This document shows positions 39,440 through 48,815 of a DNA stretch of 64,000 bases, in pieces. The position numbers and the translations under genes are program-made. The notes beneath the pieces were generated by a model. The model made no database searches. It was not told where the DNA came from and worked only from the letters and a program-made list of their open reading frames with translations. Source of the stretch: Gemmatimonadales bacterium (lineage in GTDB: Bacteria; Krumholzibacteriota; Krumholzibacteriia; LZORAL124-64-63); assembly GCA_019038745.1 (NCBI GenBank), contig JAHOYV010000029.1, positions 9,943 to 73,942 on the forward strand, in the 5' to 3' direction. The first letter of the stretch is position 1. Each line of letters opens with the position of its first letter.

Positions 39440-40294
39440 GTGTATGAAGTCGAACTGAGCCGTGATCGCAGAGAAGATCCCAGTTTGCAGCACTACCTCC
39501 AGACAATCGGCAAGCATGCCTTGCTGACTAAGGAGGCGGAATTCGCCCTGGCCGGTAGGATCAGGGAAGGAGACAAGGCCGCTCTGGACAAGCTTGTAAA
39601 CTCCAATCTGAGATTTGTGGTCAGTGTTGCCAAGAAATTCATGAATCAGGGTCTGAGCTTCATGGACCTGATTGCTGAAGGCAATATTGGCCTAATTACT
39701 GCGGCAAAAAGATTTGATGAGCGAAGAGAATTCCGATTTATCTCCTACGCCGTCTGGTGGATACGCCAGGGGATCCAGAAAGCCATCGCTGAACAAACCA
39801 ACACGGTTCGTTTGCCCATCAACCGTTCCCAGCAGGCCCAGCGAATGAAAAGATTGGGCCAGAAGATGGAACAAGAACAACATCGTAGCATTGACGAAGC
39901 AGAATTGGCCGAAGCCATGAAATTGAGTCCCAAGAAATTGGGCCAGATCCGGGCGGCCAGCCGTCCACTGGTCAGTCTTGATCAACCGATGTACGACGAC
40001 AATGTAACCTTGGCCGATGTTCTGGCCGATTCCGACGAAGTGATTCCCGATCATGGCTATGTCGGCGGCGAATTAGTAGCACAGTTGGATGATGCCCTTG
40101 GCCAGCTTTCCCCGCGAGAAAAAGATATCATCACTCGATATTATGGTCTGGACGCTCAAGAGACTGCTTCACTTGAAACTATCGGGCAGGATATTCATTT
40201 GAGCCGGGAACGAGTGCGGCAGATTCGGAACCAGGCTTTGCTTAAGATGCGGCAACATGGCCACGGCGACCGCCTAGTAGATTTTTTAACGTAG
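39440..40294 (+). CDS. Sigma-70 family sigma factor, RpoD-like but short (regions 1.2-4, no region 1.1)
   Basis: 284 aa with regions 2.x, 3.0 and 4.2 (HTH LETIGQDIHLSRERVRQIRNQAL). GTG start with GAGGAGG RBS. The stop codon abuts the IS left inverted repeat. Confidence 0.8.
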   Translation: MYEVELSRDRREDPSLQHYLQTIGKHALLTKEAEFALAGRIREGDKAALDKLVNSNLRFVVSVAKKFMNQGLSFMDLIAEGNIGLITAAKRFDERREFRFISYAVWWIRQGIQKAIAEQTNTVRLPINRSQQAQRMKRLGQKMEQEQHRSIDEAELAEAMKLSPKKLGQIRAASRPLVSLDQPMYDDNVTLADVLADSDEVIPDHGYVGGELVAQLDDALGQLSPREKDIITRYYGLDAQETASLETIGQDIHLSRERVRQIRNQALLKMRQHGHGDRLVDFLT

Positions 40295-40316
40295 GTTGTG
40301 CCGCGAAGATTGTTGG
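40294..40316. repeat. IS left terminal inverted repeat GGTTGTGCCGCGAAGATTGTTGG
   Basis: Reverse complement of 41499-41522 matches at 21/22 positions. Confidence 0.75.
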
Positions 40317-41453
40317 TGGCTTTTCCTTTGCAACTCTTTGTGCATGATCTTGTCCAAAAAAACCCCCGCTGGCTGGCATCCACCGTTCTGTCCGAACGCA
40401 AACTGCAAGTTCCACAAATCCTTACTGGATGACTGGTGCTATATTAAGTTCTCTACCTACCTCAGAAAAAGCGACAACCGCAGGATACAGCGCTACCGCT
40501 GCCTGTCATGCAAACGAACATTCTCCACCCAAACCTTTTCTACAACTTATTGGCAAAAGATCCGCGGCGTCGATGCCAAAATCTTTACGAAGACAATTGG
40601 AGGAATGGCAAACCGCCAAATTGCCAGGGACTTGGGCATCGATCCAACCACCGTCAACCACAAGCTCGAGCGCTTGGGCCGCCATTGCCTGTTGTATTTT
40701 ACGCAAATCATGATGAAAGCCCCACCATCCAGGAAAATTGTCTTTGACGGATTTGAGACGTTTGAGCTCAGTCAATTCTTCCCCTTTCATCACAACGTGG
40801 CTGTTGAAAAGGACACTGACCTTATCCTTTTCTTTAATGACAGCGAGTTACGTCGCAAGGGCCGGATGACGGATCACCAGAAACGCCGTCGGACCGAGCT
40901 GGAACATAAATTTGGCAGGCCTAACCCCAGAGCGATCGAAATTGCCGTAGCAGAGCTGCTTTCGGTTGTCATCCGCGATGAAGAACCCGTTGAAATGTTT
41001 ACAGATGATCACCCCCAGTATCGTATTCCTATCCGCAGTTATGGCGACCAAATCAAACACTTCGTCACATCCAGCAGGGATCACCGAGATCGGCAAAATT
41101 CGTTGTGGGAAGTAAATTTGTTTGATTTCGTGCTGCGACACAGCAGTGCAAATCACAAGCGTGAAACGATAGCCTGGTCTAAGCGTCGTCAGTCAAGCAC
41201 TGACCGTTTGGCCATTTTTGTGGTCTGGCGGAACTTTATGAAAGGTCGCCGTGAAAAGGATCGTCGGAGTCCAACTCCGGCAGAAGCGCGGGGGTTATTG
41301 GCTCGACGATTGAAAGTGGAGGATGTTTTATCAGAACGGTTGTTCCCAGGCCATTATGAAATTCCGGTAAGTTGGCAAGCATACTATTGGCGTTTGGTTT
41401 CAACTCGGGCTTTGGAGCGAGAGCGGAGGCACACTTTGAAATATGCTGCTTGA
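40296..41453 (+). CDS. IS1-family-like DDE transposase with N-terminal zinc finger and HTH
   Basis: CPNANC...CLSC zinc ribbon, HTH (IARDLGIDPTTVNHKLERLG), and a DDE-region layout resembling IS1 InsB (FETFELSQ...TDDHPQY...NSLWEVNLFDFVLRHSSANHKRETIAWSKR). The true start may be the Met at 40344. Confidence 0.65.
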   Translation: MCREDCWWLFLCNSLCMILSKKTPAGWHPPFCPNANCKFHKSLLDDWCYIKFSTYLRKSDNRRIQRYRCLSCKRTFSTQTFSTTYWQKIRGVDAKIFTKTIGGMANRQIARDLGIDPTTVNHKLERLGRHCLLYFTQIMMKAPPSRKIVFDGFETFELSQFFPFHHNVAVEKDTDLILFFNDSELRRKGRMTDHQKRRRTELEHKFGRPNPRAIEIAVAELLSVVIRDEEPVEMFTDDHPQYRIPIRSYGDQIKHFVTSSRDHRDRQNSLWEVNLFDFVLRHSSANHKRETIAWSKRRQSSTDRLAIFVVWRNFMKGRREKDRRSPTPAEARGLLARRLKVEDVLSERLFPGHYEIPVSWQAYYWRLVSTRALERERRHTLKYAA

Positions 41454-41498
41454 GGGCAGTTAGTCCTGCTACGGTATCTGAGACTTTTGGAGGGAACT

Positions 41499-41522
41499 AA
41501 CAACATTCTTCGCGGCACAACC
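41499..41522. repeat. IS right terminal inverted repeat AACAACATTCTTCGCGGCACAACC
   Basis: Inverted copy of the left inverted repeat. Confidence 0.75.
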
Positions 41523-41529
41523 TTTTGTT

Positions 41530-41558
41530 TTGACATTGGGATAGGGTCTTGCTTTATT
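41530..41558 (+). promoter_or_regulatory. Candidate promoter for tRNA-Val
   Basis: TTGACA, a 17-nt spacer and TTTATT, ending about 12 nt before the tRNA 5' end. It lies just outside the IS right end. Confidence 0.4.
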
Positions 41559-41570
41559 TTGACCTCCGGT

Positions 41571-41648
41571 GGGCGATTAGCTCAGCTTGGTTAGAGTGCT
41601 TGCTCGACACGCAAGAGGTCACTGGTTCGAGTCCAGTATCGCCCACCA
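41571..41648 (+). tRNA. tRNA-Val (anticodon GAC); unusual C at position 33
   Basis: Acceptor GGGCGAT / ATCGCCC, anticodon stem CTTGC / GCAAG, loop TCGACAC, T-loop TTCGAGT, CCA encoded. 78 nt. Confidence 0.7.
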
Positions 41649-41665
41649 CCGATCAAGAATGAGAA

Positions 41666-41697
41666 CTCCTTGCCCAAGTACGGTAAGGAGTTTTTTT
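41666..41697 (+). terminator. Rho-independent terminator after tRNA-Val
   Basis: CTCCTT...AAGGAG stem followed by TTTTTTT. Confidence 0.7.
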
Positions 41698-41792
41698 CAT
41701 AAACAAGAGCATCGCTTGAGATTCCCCAATTCGCTCTGGAAAGTCAGAGCTGGCTGTGGTCTCAGGTTGAATTGAACGGACCAGGAAACAGA

Positions 41793-43724
41793 ATGGGATC
41801 AGAAATGGCCACGATCACTTTCCAATTGCCGGATGGAAACTCTCTTGAAATTGAGCAGGGAGAATCTTACGCGGAAGCTGTGCGGTTGATCGGCGAAGGG
41901 CTGCTGCGGAATTCAGTTGCAGTTACCGTTGATGGTCAAAACCATCCTCTAGCTGAAAAGATCAGCAGGGGTGGTGAATTGAAAGTTATTACAAAAAGCA
42001 GTGAAGAAGGGCTATCTGCTCTGCGCCATTCCACCGCTCATCTGATGGCCTGGGCCGTGCAGGATCTCTACCCTGGAACCAAATTCGCTTTCGGGCCGGA
42101 TATTGATGGCGGTTTCTACTATGACTTCGACCGTGAAGAGCCGTTCACCGATAAGGATTTGGAGAAGATCGAGACTCGTATGCGTGAGCTGGCCAAACAG
42201 AAGGTTCCATTGGTTCGCAGTGAGATCACTCGCGCTGAGGCTGATAAGCTGTTCGTTGACCAACCCTACAAGTTGGAGCAGATCTCATCCTTGGAGGGGA
42301 AGCAACTTTCCACTTATCAGCTGGGTGATTTCACCGACCTCTGTGAGGGACCCCATGTACCCGGTAGCGGTGATTTGAAGGCTTTCAAATTGCTCAGTTT
42401 GGCGGGTGCCTACTGGCAGAAGGATGCTTCTCGGCCGATGTTGCAGAGAATTTACGGGACGGCTTTCGGCAAGAAGAAGGACCTGGACTCTCATTTGGCC
42501 ATGTTGGAAGAGGCCAAGAAGCGAGACCACAGAAAACTGGGCAGGGAACTGGACCTGTTTGGAATCATGGAAGAAGCCGGTCCCGGTTTGAGCTACTGGT
42601 TTCCTCGCGGGGATTTGCTGCGGGAGCAGATCATTGACTATTGGAAGAACGTTCATCGGGCCAACGGTTATCAGACCGTGACTACTCCCCACATATCCCA
42701 GGCTGGGCTTTGGGAGACATCGGGCCATATGGAATTCTACAAGGATGACATGTATCTTTTCGAGCAGGATGATCGGCAATACGTGGTCAAACCGATGAAT
42801 TGTCCTGGTCATATCCTCATGTTCAAAAGGCGAACGCGCGGTTGGCGCAGTTTGCCCGTGCGTTATGCGGAGTTGGGAACGGTTTATCGGGCCGAAGCAT
42901 CCGGAACGTTGCACGGTCTCATGAGGGTCCGTGGATTTACCCAGGACGATGCCCATCACTTTTGTACTCCCGAGCAGTTGGAGGACGAGGTCAGTCTGTG
43001 CATCGATCTGGTCAAGGAGATCCTGGGAGTTTTCGGGTTTGACGATTTCAAGGTTGAACTATCCGTCCGAGACCCAAAGAACAAGCAGAAATACGCCGGG
43101 ACCGACCAAGAGTGGGCTGCAGCGGAAGACTCCCTGGTCAAGGCTCTGGAAAAACATGGTCTTGATTATTCCCGTGAAGAGGGCGAGGCCGTTTTTTACG
43201 GTCCCAAGATTGACGTCAAACTCATAGATGCTCTTGGACGACGCTGGCAGGCCAGCACTATACAGTTCGATTTCAACCTTCCCCGCCGTTTCAACGTTAC
43301 TTATACCGACAGCCAGGGTACGGAGCGTTATGTTTACATGGTTCATCGTGCCATAATGGGTTCCCTGGAGCGGTTTATCGGGATTCTTACGGAACATTTC
43401 GGGGGGGACTTTCCGCTTTGGCTGGCACCGGAGCAGGTGCGGGTTATGTCCGTCAGTCGGGATCAGCATGAGTACGCCGTCGAAGTTGCAAACCAGCTGA
43501 AGGCGGCTGGGATCCGAGTTGGGCAGGATATCCGTGACGAGAAGATCGGGTTCAAAATCCGCGAGGCTGAGGTTTTGCGTGTGCCTTGGATGCTGGTTGT
43601 CGGAGGCAGGGAGATGGAAAACCGCGAGGCGGCTCTTCGGGTCAGGCTCAAGGGTGACCAGGGGGCCAAGCCTGTCGGGGCCATCATCGACGATCTCCTT
43701 GACGCGGTTGCCAAAAGAAGCTAG
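41793..43724 (+). CDS. thrS: Threonine--tRNA ligase
   Basis: TGS domain N-terminus (ITFQLPDG), class II motifs and a zinc site, C-terminal anticodon-binding domain. Start chosen at the Met with AGGA 7 nt upstream. Confidence 0.9.
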   Translation: MGSEMATITFQLPDGNSLEIEQGESYAEAVRLIGEGLLRNSVAVTVDGQNHPLAEKISRGGELKVITKSSEEGLSALRHSTAHLMAWAVQDLYPGTKFAFGPDIDGGFYYDFDREEPFTDKDLEKIETRMRELAKQKVPLVRSEITRAEADKLFVDQPYKLEQISSLEGKQLSTYQLGDFTDLCEGPHVPGSGDLKAFKLLSLAGAYWQKDASRPMLQRIYGTAFGKKKDLDSHLAMLEEAKKRDHRKLGRELDLFGIMEEAGPGLSYWFPRGDLLREQIIDYWKNVHRANGYQTVTTPHISQAGLWETSGHMEFYKDDMYLFEQDDRQYVVKPMNCPGHILMFKRRTRGWRSLPVRYAELGTVYRAEASGTLHGLMRVRGFTQDDAHHFCTPEQLEDEVSLCIDLVKEILGVFGFDDFKVELSVRDPKNKQKYAGTDQEWAAAEDSLVKALEKHGLDYSREEGEAVFYGPKIDVKLIDALGRRWQASTIQFDFNLPRRFNVTYTDSQGTERYVYMVHRAIMGSLERFIGILTEHFGGDFPLWLAPEQVRVMSVSRDQHEYAVEVANQLKAAGIRVGQDIRDEKIGFKIREAEVLRVPWMLVVGGREMENREAALRVRLKGDQGAKPVGAIIDDLLDAVAKRS

Positions 43725-43857
43725 ATTTCGTTTACCATTTTAATGTTGGGGACCGGGTTGTTCCCCTACTACAAAGCCAAGAAGAGGTCCGCCCTCTCAC
43801 CGTAGCTGGCCCGTTGAATTTCATCAATCGGGACTGGATCGGTTACTAGACCCCGAG

Positions 43858-43882
43858 GCGGACACATGTGTCCGCTTTTTTT
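43858..43882 (+). terminator. Rho-independent terminator after thrS
   Basis: Perfect 9-bp stem GCGGACACA / TGTGTCCGC followed by TTTTTTT. Confidence 0.8.
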
Positions 43883-43958
43883 GGTTGGTCCAAGCTGGAT
43901 CAAGTTAGTCCAAACGGGGTTATGTTTTGGCGTCAAACCTTTTCAGGAGGTGTGTCTT

Positions 43959-44477
43959 ATCAAGGCCAACAAGATTACGAGGGTCAATCGGATGATTCGG
44001 ATTCCCAAGGTAATGGTCGTCGATGATGACGGTGAACAACTGGGAGTCCTGGATACTGTCGAAGCCCTCCGTCTTGCCGAAGACAAGGGATTGGACCTGG
44101 TCGAAGTTGCGCCCACTGCTCGACCCCCCGTATGCAAGATCATGGACTACGGGAAGTACAAGTACGAGATGAGCAAAAAGGCCCGCAAGGCTCGCCAAGC
44201 CTCGCACACGGTAAAGGTCAAGACGATTCAGTTTCGACCCAAGACCGACGACCATGATTACCAGTTCAAGAAAAAGCACATCATTTCCTTCCTGGAGGCA
44301 GGAAACAAGGTGAAAATCGTGATGAGATTTAGGGGCCGGGAAATCACACACATGGATCTGGCGCTGGATTTTCTCAACAATCTCAACGCGGAGCTTGAGG
44401 AGATTGGAACTCCGGAATCGAATCCCCAGAGAGAAGGCCGTCAAATAAGCTTCGTGATGGCGCCGAAGAAGGCCTAA
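43959..44477 (+). CDS. infC: Translation initiation factor IF-3 with AUC start codon
   Basis: The IF3 N-domain begins at IKANKITRVNRMIRIPKVMVVDDDGEQLGV. ATC sits 8 nt after AGGAGG and no in-frame ATG or GTG has an RBS. The ORF-track ATG at 43866 lies inside the thrS terminator. Confidence 0.75.
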   Translation: MKANKITRVNRMIRIPKVMVVDDDGEQLGVLDTVEALRLAEDKGLDLVEVAPTARPPVCKIMDYGKYKYEMSKKARKARQASHTVKVKTIQFRPKTDDHDYQFKKKHIISFLEAGNKVKIVMRFRGREITHMDLALDFLNNLNAELEEIGTPESNPQREGRQISFVMAPKKA

Positions 44478-44569
44478 TATTTTTCGCAGTCAAATGCGGA
44501 TGACCGTTCGGGTATTAGCTCCCTTATTTTGGTGGCGTTCCGGACTTAACTGAGCAAAGGAATTGAGTA

Positions 44570-44770
44570 ATGGGAAACGGGAAAATGAAGACCAACAGGG
44601 CAGCCGCTAAGCGTTTCAAGCTAACCGGCAGTGGTCGCATCAAGCGGGGCAAGGCCTATCACGGGCATTTGTTTACCGCCAAAAGCCCCAAGCGGTTGCG
44701 TAACTTGCGTCGTTCCAGCCTAGTGGCCGCCTGTGACGAATCACGGGCCCGTAAAATGCTGGGAAAGTAG
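44570..44770 (+). CDS. rpmI: 50S ribosomal protein L35
   Basis: [23 protein letters not shown]. The start could be 44570 or 44585. Confidence 0.85.
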   Translation: MGNGKMKTNRAAAKRFKLTGSGRIKRGKAYHGHLFTAKSPKRLRNLRRSSLVAACDESRARKMLGK

Positions 44771-44836
44771 AAGTTATCGTTTCGCACCCCACTAACGGGT
44801 AAATGGGATCATCCTGGATATAGAGGAGGCAAAAAA

Positions 44837-45190
44837 ATGCCAAGAGCAACAAATAATCCTGCCGCCAAGCAGCGGAGGAAGAAGTATCTCAAGCGCGCAA
44901 AAGGTTTTGTCGCTGGACGCGGCAAGCAGTATGTAGCGGCTCGTGAAGCCGTCGATAGGGCTTTGGCCTACGCCTACAGGGATCGTCGCAACAAAAAGCG
45001 CGATTTTCGCCGGCTCTGGATCACTCGCATCAATGCCGCTGCACGTTTGCACGGTCTCAGTTACAGCCACTTCATCAACGGATTGAAGTTGGCCGAGATC
45101 GACATTGACCGGAAGATGTTGGCCGATCTCGCTGTACACGATGAAGGTGCCTTCGCCAAATTGGCTGAAACAGCCAAGAACGCCAGATAG
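44837..45190 (+). CDS. rplT: 50S ribosomal protein L20
   Basis: [24 protein letters not shown]..., 117 aa, AGGAGG RBS. Confidence 0.9.
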   Translation: MPRATNNPAAKQRRKKYLKRAKGFVAGRGKQYVAAREAVDRALAYAYRDRRNKKRDFRRLWITRINAAARLHGLSYSHFINGLKLAEIDIDRKMLADLAVHDEGAFAKLAETAKNAR

Positions 45191-45277
45191 CTCGACGGCC
45201 CCTTTACGTCCATTGCAACCTCGGGTCGTTTACAGCACCATTCCTGGCCGGATGGATTCCGGCGGAAGGGATTCTGG

Positions 45278-46306
45278 ATGAAGGAGACCATCAATCGTTT
45301 ACGTTCCCAGGGAGCCGTGCTGATTGAGGCGGCTGATACGCCGGCTTTGGTCGAAGCTGCCCGGGTTTCCCTGCTGGGTCGGAAGGGGGAGATAACCTCC
45401 CTTTTGCGAGGGCTGAAGGATGTGGATCCCCAGGATCGTCCTGCCCTTGGGGCAGACCTGAATCTGCTCAAAACAGAACTTGCCGCGCTACTGGATGAGC
45501 GCTCCAGCGCGCTGGCTGTCGGCCAGGGGAGCTCAAGCGGAGTTGAGCTTGATCTTTCCCTGCCCGGCAAGCCGCCGGTTGGTACTGGAACGACCCATCC
45601 TTTGCTGTCGGTAATGGAATCTGTTTGTGACATCTTCTACGGAATGGGGTTCACCCGCAGCGATGGCCCCGAAGTCGAGTTGGACTACTACAACTTTACC
45701 GCCTTGAACTTTCCCGACGACCACCCGGCGCGCGACATCCAGGACACCTTCTACATCAATGACCAAGTGTGTCTGCGTACTCAGACTTCTCCGGTCCAGG
45801 TCCGGACCATGGAACGAACCGAACCTCCCCTGGCCAGCATTTTTCCTGGACGGGTCTATCGGAACGAGAACGCGGATGCTTCCCACTCTTCAGAGTTCTT
45901 CCAGATCGAGGGCCTGGTGGTCGACAAGGCCATCAGCATGGCCGACTTGAAAGATACCGTGGATACCTTTGTCCGCCTTTTCTTCGGAGCAGCAGAGCCA
46001 ACCCGCTTCCGGCCGCATTTCTTCCCGTTCACTGAGCCTTCCGTTGAAGTAGACATGCAGTGTGTCGCCTGTCGCGGGGCCGGATGTGGAATTTGCGGTC
46101 AAACCGGATGGCTGGAAATCATGGGTGCAGGGATGGTTCACCCCAACGTATTCAAGGCTGTCGGTTATCCCGATGATGCCTATACGGGCTTTGCTTTCGG
46201 AATGGGAATCGATCGGATCGCCATGCTCAAGTACGGCATCGGCGACATTCGCCTCTTGTATGAAAACGATCTCCGTTTTCTGAATCAATTCCGAGGTGTA
46301 CTTTGA
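45278..46306 (+). CDS. pheS: Phenylalanine--tRNA ligase alpha subunit
   Basis: Class II core motifs (FRPHFFPFTEPS..., GAGMVHPNV), 342 aa. Confidence 0.9.
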   Translation: MKETINRLRSQGAVLIEAADTPALVEAARVSLLGRKGEITSLLRGLKDVDPQDRPALGADLNLLKTELAALLDERSSALAVGQGSSSGVELDLSLPGKPPVGTGTTHPLLSVMESVCDIFYGMGFTRSDGPEVELDYYNFTALNFPDDHPARDIQDTFYINDQVCLRTQTSPVQVRTMERTEPPLASIFPGRVYRNENADASHSSEFFQIEGLVVDKAISMADLKDTVDTFVRLFFGAAEPTRFRPHFFPFTEPSVEVDMQCVACRGAGCGICGQTGWLEIMGAGMVHPNVFKAVGYPDDAYTGFAFGMGIDRIAMLKYGIGDIRLLYENDLRFLNQFRGVL

Positions 46307-48765
46307 AAATCAGCCTGGATTGGATGAAGGAACTCGCCTCATGGGACGATGAGCCCGAGGTGCTGGCGTCGAAGTTGACGGCGGCGGGTCTGAATGTCGA
46401 GGCGATAGAGCATTTCGAGCAGACCTATCCGGGAGTGGTCATCGCCAAGGTTGTCCACCGCCAGCAGCATCCGAATGCTGATCGTCTGAGTCTGTGCCGG
46501 GTGGATGCCGGGACCGGCCAGGAAGTCCAGGTAGTGTGTGGAGCGCCCAATGTTCGTGAGGGTCTGACAGTTCTCTTTGCCCAGGTCGGCGCGATCCTGC
46601 CCGGCGATTTCAAGCTCAAGAAAACGAAAATCCGCGGGATCGAATCCTTGGGTATGATTTGCTCTGCGAGTGAACTGCAACTGACCTCGGACAGCGAAGG
46701 CATCATGGAGCTGGATACCGATTTGCCACCGGGTACTCCGGCTGACGAACTCTATGGCTTCAAGGATGTTGTGCTGGATATCGAGGTGACGCCCAATCGT
46801 CCCGATTGGCTCAATCATTTGGGGGTGGCCCGGGAAATCGCGGCCCTGTATGGCACCAAGGTTTCCCAACCTCGCTGCTGGTCCAGCCAACAAAGCACCG
46901 AGAGCCTGGGTTTGAAAATTCAGGTCGAAGATTTCGAGGATTGTCCACGGTACACGGCCTTTGTCGCCAAGGGGGTGGAGATTGGCCAATCGCCCCTCTG
47001 GATGCAAAATCGTCTTCGTGCCGTAGGCAGTCGTCCCATCAACAACGTAGTGGACATAACCAATTACGTGATGCTGGAAATGGGCCAACCCATGCACGCC
47101 TTCGACCAGGATCGTTTGAGCGGAGACACGATCTTCATCAGGCGTTCCGAAGCAGGACAAAAAATCGTTACCCTTGACGACAAGGAACACGAGCTGGACG
47201 GGGAAAATCTGCTGGTTTGCGACCAGGATGGTCCCATCGCCTTGGCTGGGGTAATGGGCTTGGCCAACAGCGAAGTAACCGAGGCCACCAGCAATATCGT
47301 CCTGGAGAGCGCTTTCTTTGCTCCTCGCCTTGTTCGCAAGACAAGCCGTGCCTTGGGTTTGATAAGTGAGAGTTCATACCGTTTCGAGCGTGGGACCGAT
47401 TGGGGTATGGTTGAAAAGGCAGCCCACCGGGCGTTATACCTGATGCAGGAGTATACCGGAGCCAGGATCATTTCCGATTGGGCTGATCGCGGCGATCCGG
47501 ATCGAAAATCGAACGAGCCGGTCCCTCTGCGGACGTGGCAGGTAAACAGGGTGCTTGGTACTGAATTGTCCACCGAGGACGTGGCCCAGTTTCTTCAGAA
47601 TCTGGGCCTCAAGGTTCAGCCAATGGGTAACCCCGATGCCATCAATGCCAGTGCCGTGAACATGATGGTCGAGATTCCCACTTTTCGGCGGGATATCTTT
47701 CTGGAAATCGATCTGATCGAGGAAGTTGCCCGATGTCATGGGTTCGAGCGGCTGGCTGCAGGGAAAGGCTTCAAGCGACCGGCAGGGCATATCAGAAGAC
47801 GGACCGACGAGGTTCAGTCCCGGGTCCGTACTTGGTTTGCCGACTGTGGTTACAACGAATTGGTGACTTCCACCTTCCTGTCACCTGGCGATCTGGAAAA
47901 GCTGGAATTGCCTGAAGGGGATGTGCGCCTGCAAACTCTCTCGGTGATCAATCCGCATCATGGAGGGAATACTCAACTCAGGACCAGCCTTCTGCCATCC
48001 ATGCTTGAAGTGGCACGACGTAATTTGAATGCGGGATCTATTGTCCCTGTGCGCTTTTTCCAGTTCAACCGGACCTTCTGGCCCGGAGGAAAGGCGGCCA
48101 CGGACACAAAGCACGATGCTGAAAAACTGCTGCCACAGGAACCGTTTTTTCTGCAATTTGCCATAGCGGGGCTTGACTCCCTGGGTTTGGATGGAGTTCC
48201 CGACGATCTTCTCGAGATCAAGGGTGTTTTGAATTCATTGTCGGAAATCCTGAGGGTTGATCTGAAACCGGAGGCGGGGAATTCGGAATTATTCCTTGCT
48301 TCGGGGCAACAGTGGCGAATCCTCGATCGCCAGGGTAAGGTCGTGGGCTCAGCGGGTCGTGTTTCGAGCCCTGTCTTGAAAAATTTTGATCTTGATGTTC
48401 CGGTTACTGTAGCGGAAATCAACTTGGATGAAATTGATTTAACTCCACAGAATGTTGAATATCAGCCGTTTGCCAGATTTCCCGGGGTTACCCGTGATCT
48501 CTCCCTGCTGGTTCCGAGCAGCGTCACTTATCAGGAAATCGAAGAGGTTGTTCGAGAAGGTGGAGGAGTCCTGCTGGTGGGCGTCGAGCTCTTTGATGTG
48601 TACCGCGGCAAAGGGATTCCCGAAGGAGTCGGAGCCTACGGAATTCGCTTGAAGTTCCGGTCGGATAAGGGTAACTTGAAGGGCAAGGCGGTAGATAAGG
48701 CCATTTCCAGGATTTTAAAGGATTTGACCGACCGCTTGCAAATAGAGCCGAGAAGCCTGGACTGA
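46303..48765 (+). CDS. pheT: Phenylalanine--tRNA ligase beta subunit
   Basis: 820 aa, tRNA-binding N-domain, B3/B4, B5 and FDX-ACB C-terminus. Overlaps pheS by 4 nt. Confidence 0.9.
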   Translation: MKISLDWMKELASWDDEPEVLASKLTAAGLNVEAIEHFEQTYPGVVIAKVVHRQQHPNADRLSLCRVDAGTGQEVQVVCGAPNVREGLTVLFAQVGAILPGDFKLKKTKIRGIESLGMICSASELQLTSDSEGIMELDTDLPPGTPADELYGFKDVVLDIEVTPNRPDWLNHLGVAREIAALYGTKVSQPRCWSSQQSTESLGLKIQVEDFEDCPRYTAFVAKGVEIGQSPLWMQNRLRAVGSRPINNVVDITNYVMLEMGQPMHAFDQDRLSGDTIFIRRSEAGQKIVTLDDKEHELDGENLLVCDQDGPIALAGVMGLANSEVTEATSNIVLESAFFAPRLVRKTSRALGLISESSYRFERGTDWGMVEKAAHRALYLMQEYTGARIISDWADRGDPDRKSNEPVPLRTWQVNRVLGTELSTEDVAQFLQNLGLKVQPMGNPDAINASAVNMMVEIPTFRRDIFLEIDLIEEVARCHGFERLAAGKGFKRPAGHIRRRTDEVQSRVRTWFADCGYNELVTSTFLSPGDLEKLELPEGDVRLQTLSVINPHHGGNTQLRTSLLPSMLEVARRNLNAGSIVPVRFFQFNRTFWPGGKAATDTKHDAEKLLPQEPFFLQFAIAGLDSLGLDGVPDDLLEIKGVLNSLSEILRVDLKPEAGNSELFLASGQQWRILDRQGKVVGSAGRVSSPVLKNFDLDVPVTVAEINLDEIDLTPQNVEYQPFARFPGVTRDLSLLVPSSVTYQEIEEVVREGGGVLLVGVELFDVYRGKGIPEGVGAYGIRLKFRSDKGNLKGKAVDKAISRILKDLTDRLQIEPRSLD

Positions 48766-48815
48766 GGATCAATCCGGGCCCCAGCACAACTGGAACAGGG
48801 AGGAAGCGGGCTGCT

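Larger units (their letters stand above)
40294..41522 (+). mobile_element. Insertion sequence, IS1-family-like (single-ORF subgroup), 1229 bp
   Basis: Bounded by 22-23 bp imperfect terminal inverted repeats (21/22 matches). Single transposase ORF. Lower GC than its surroundings. Confidence 0.7.

Noticed and set aside
40285-41531. Target-site duplication flanking the IS element
   Set aside because: Flanks (TTTAACGTA versus TTTTGTTTT) share no 8-9 bp direct repeat. The insertion is either old or its ends have been eroded. The inverted repeats are still clear, so the IS call stands without a duplication.
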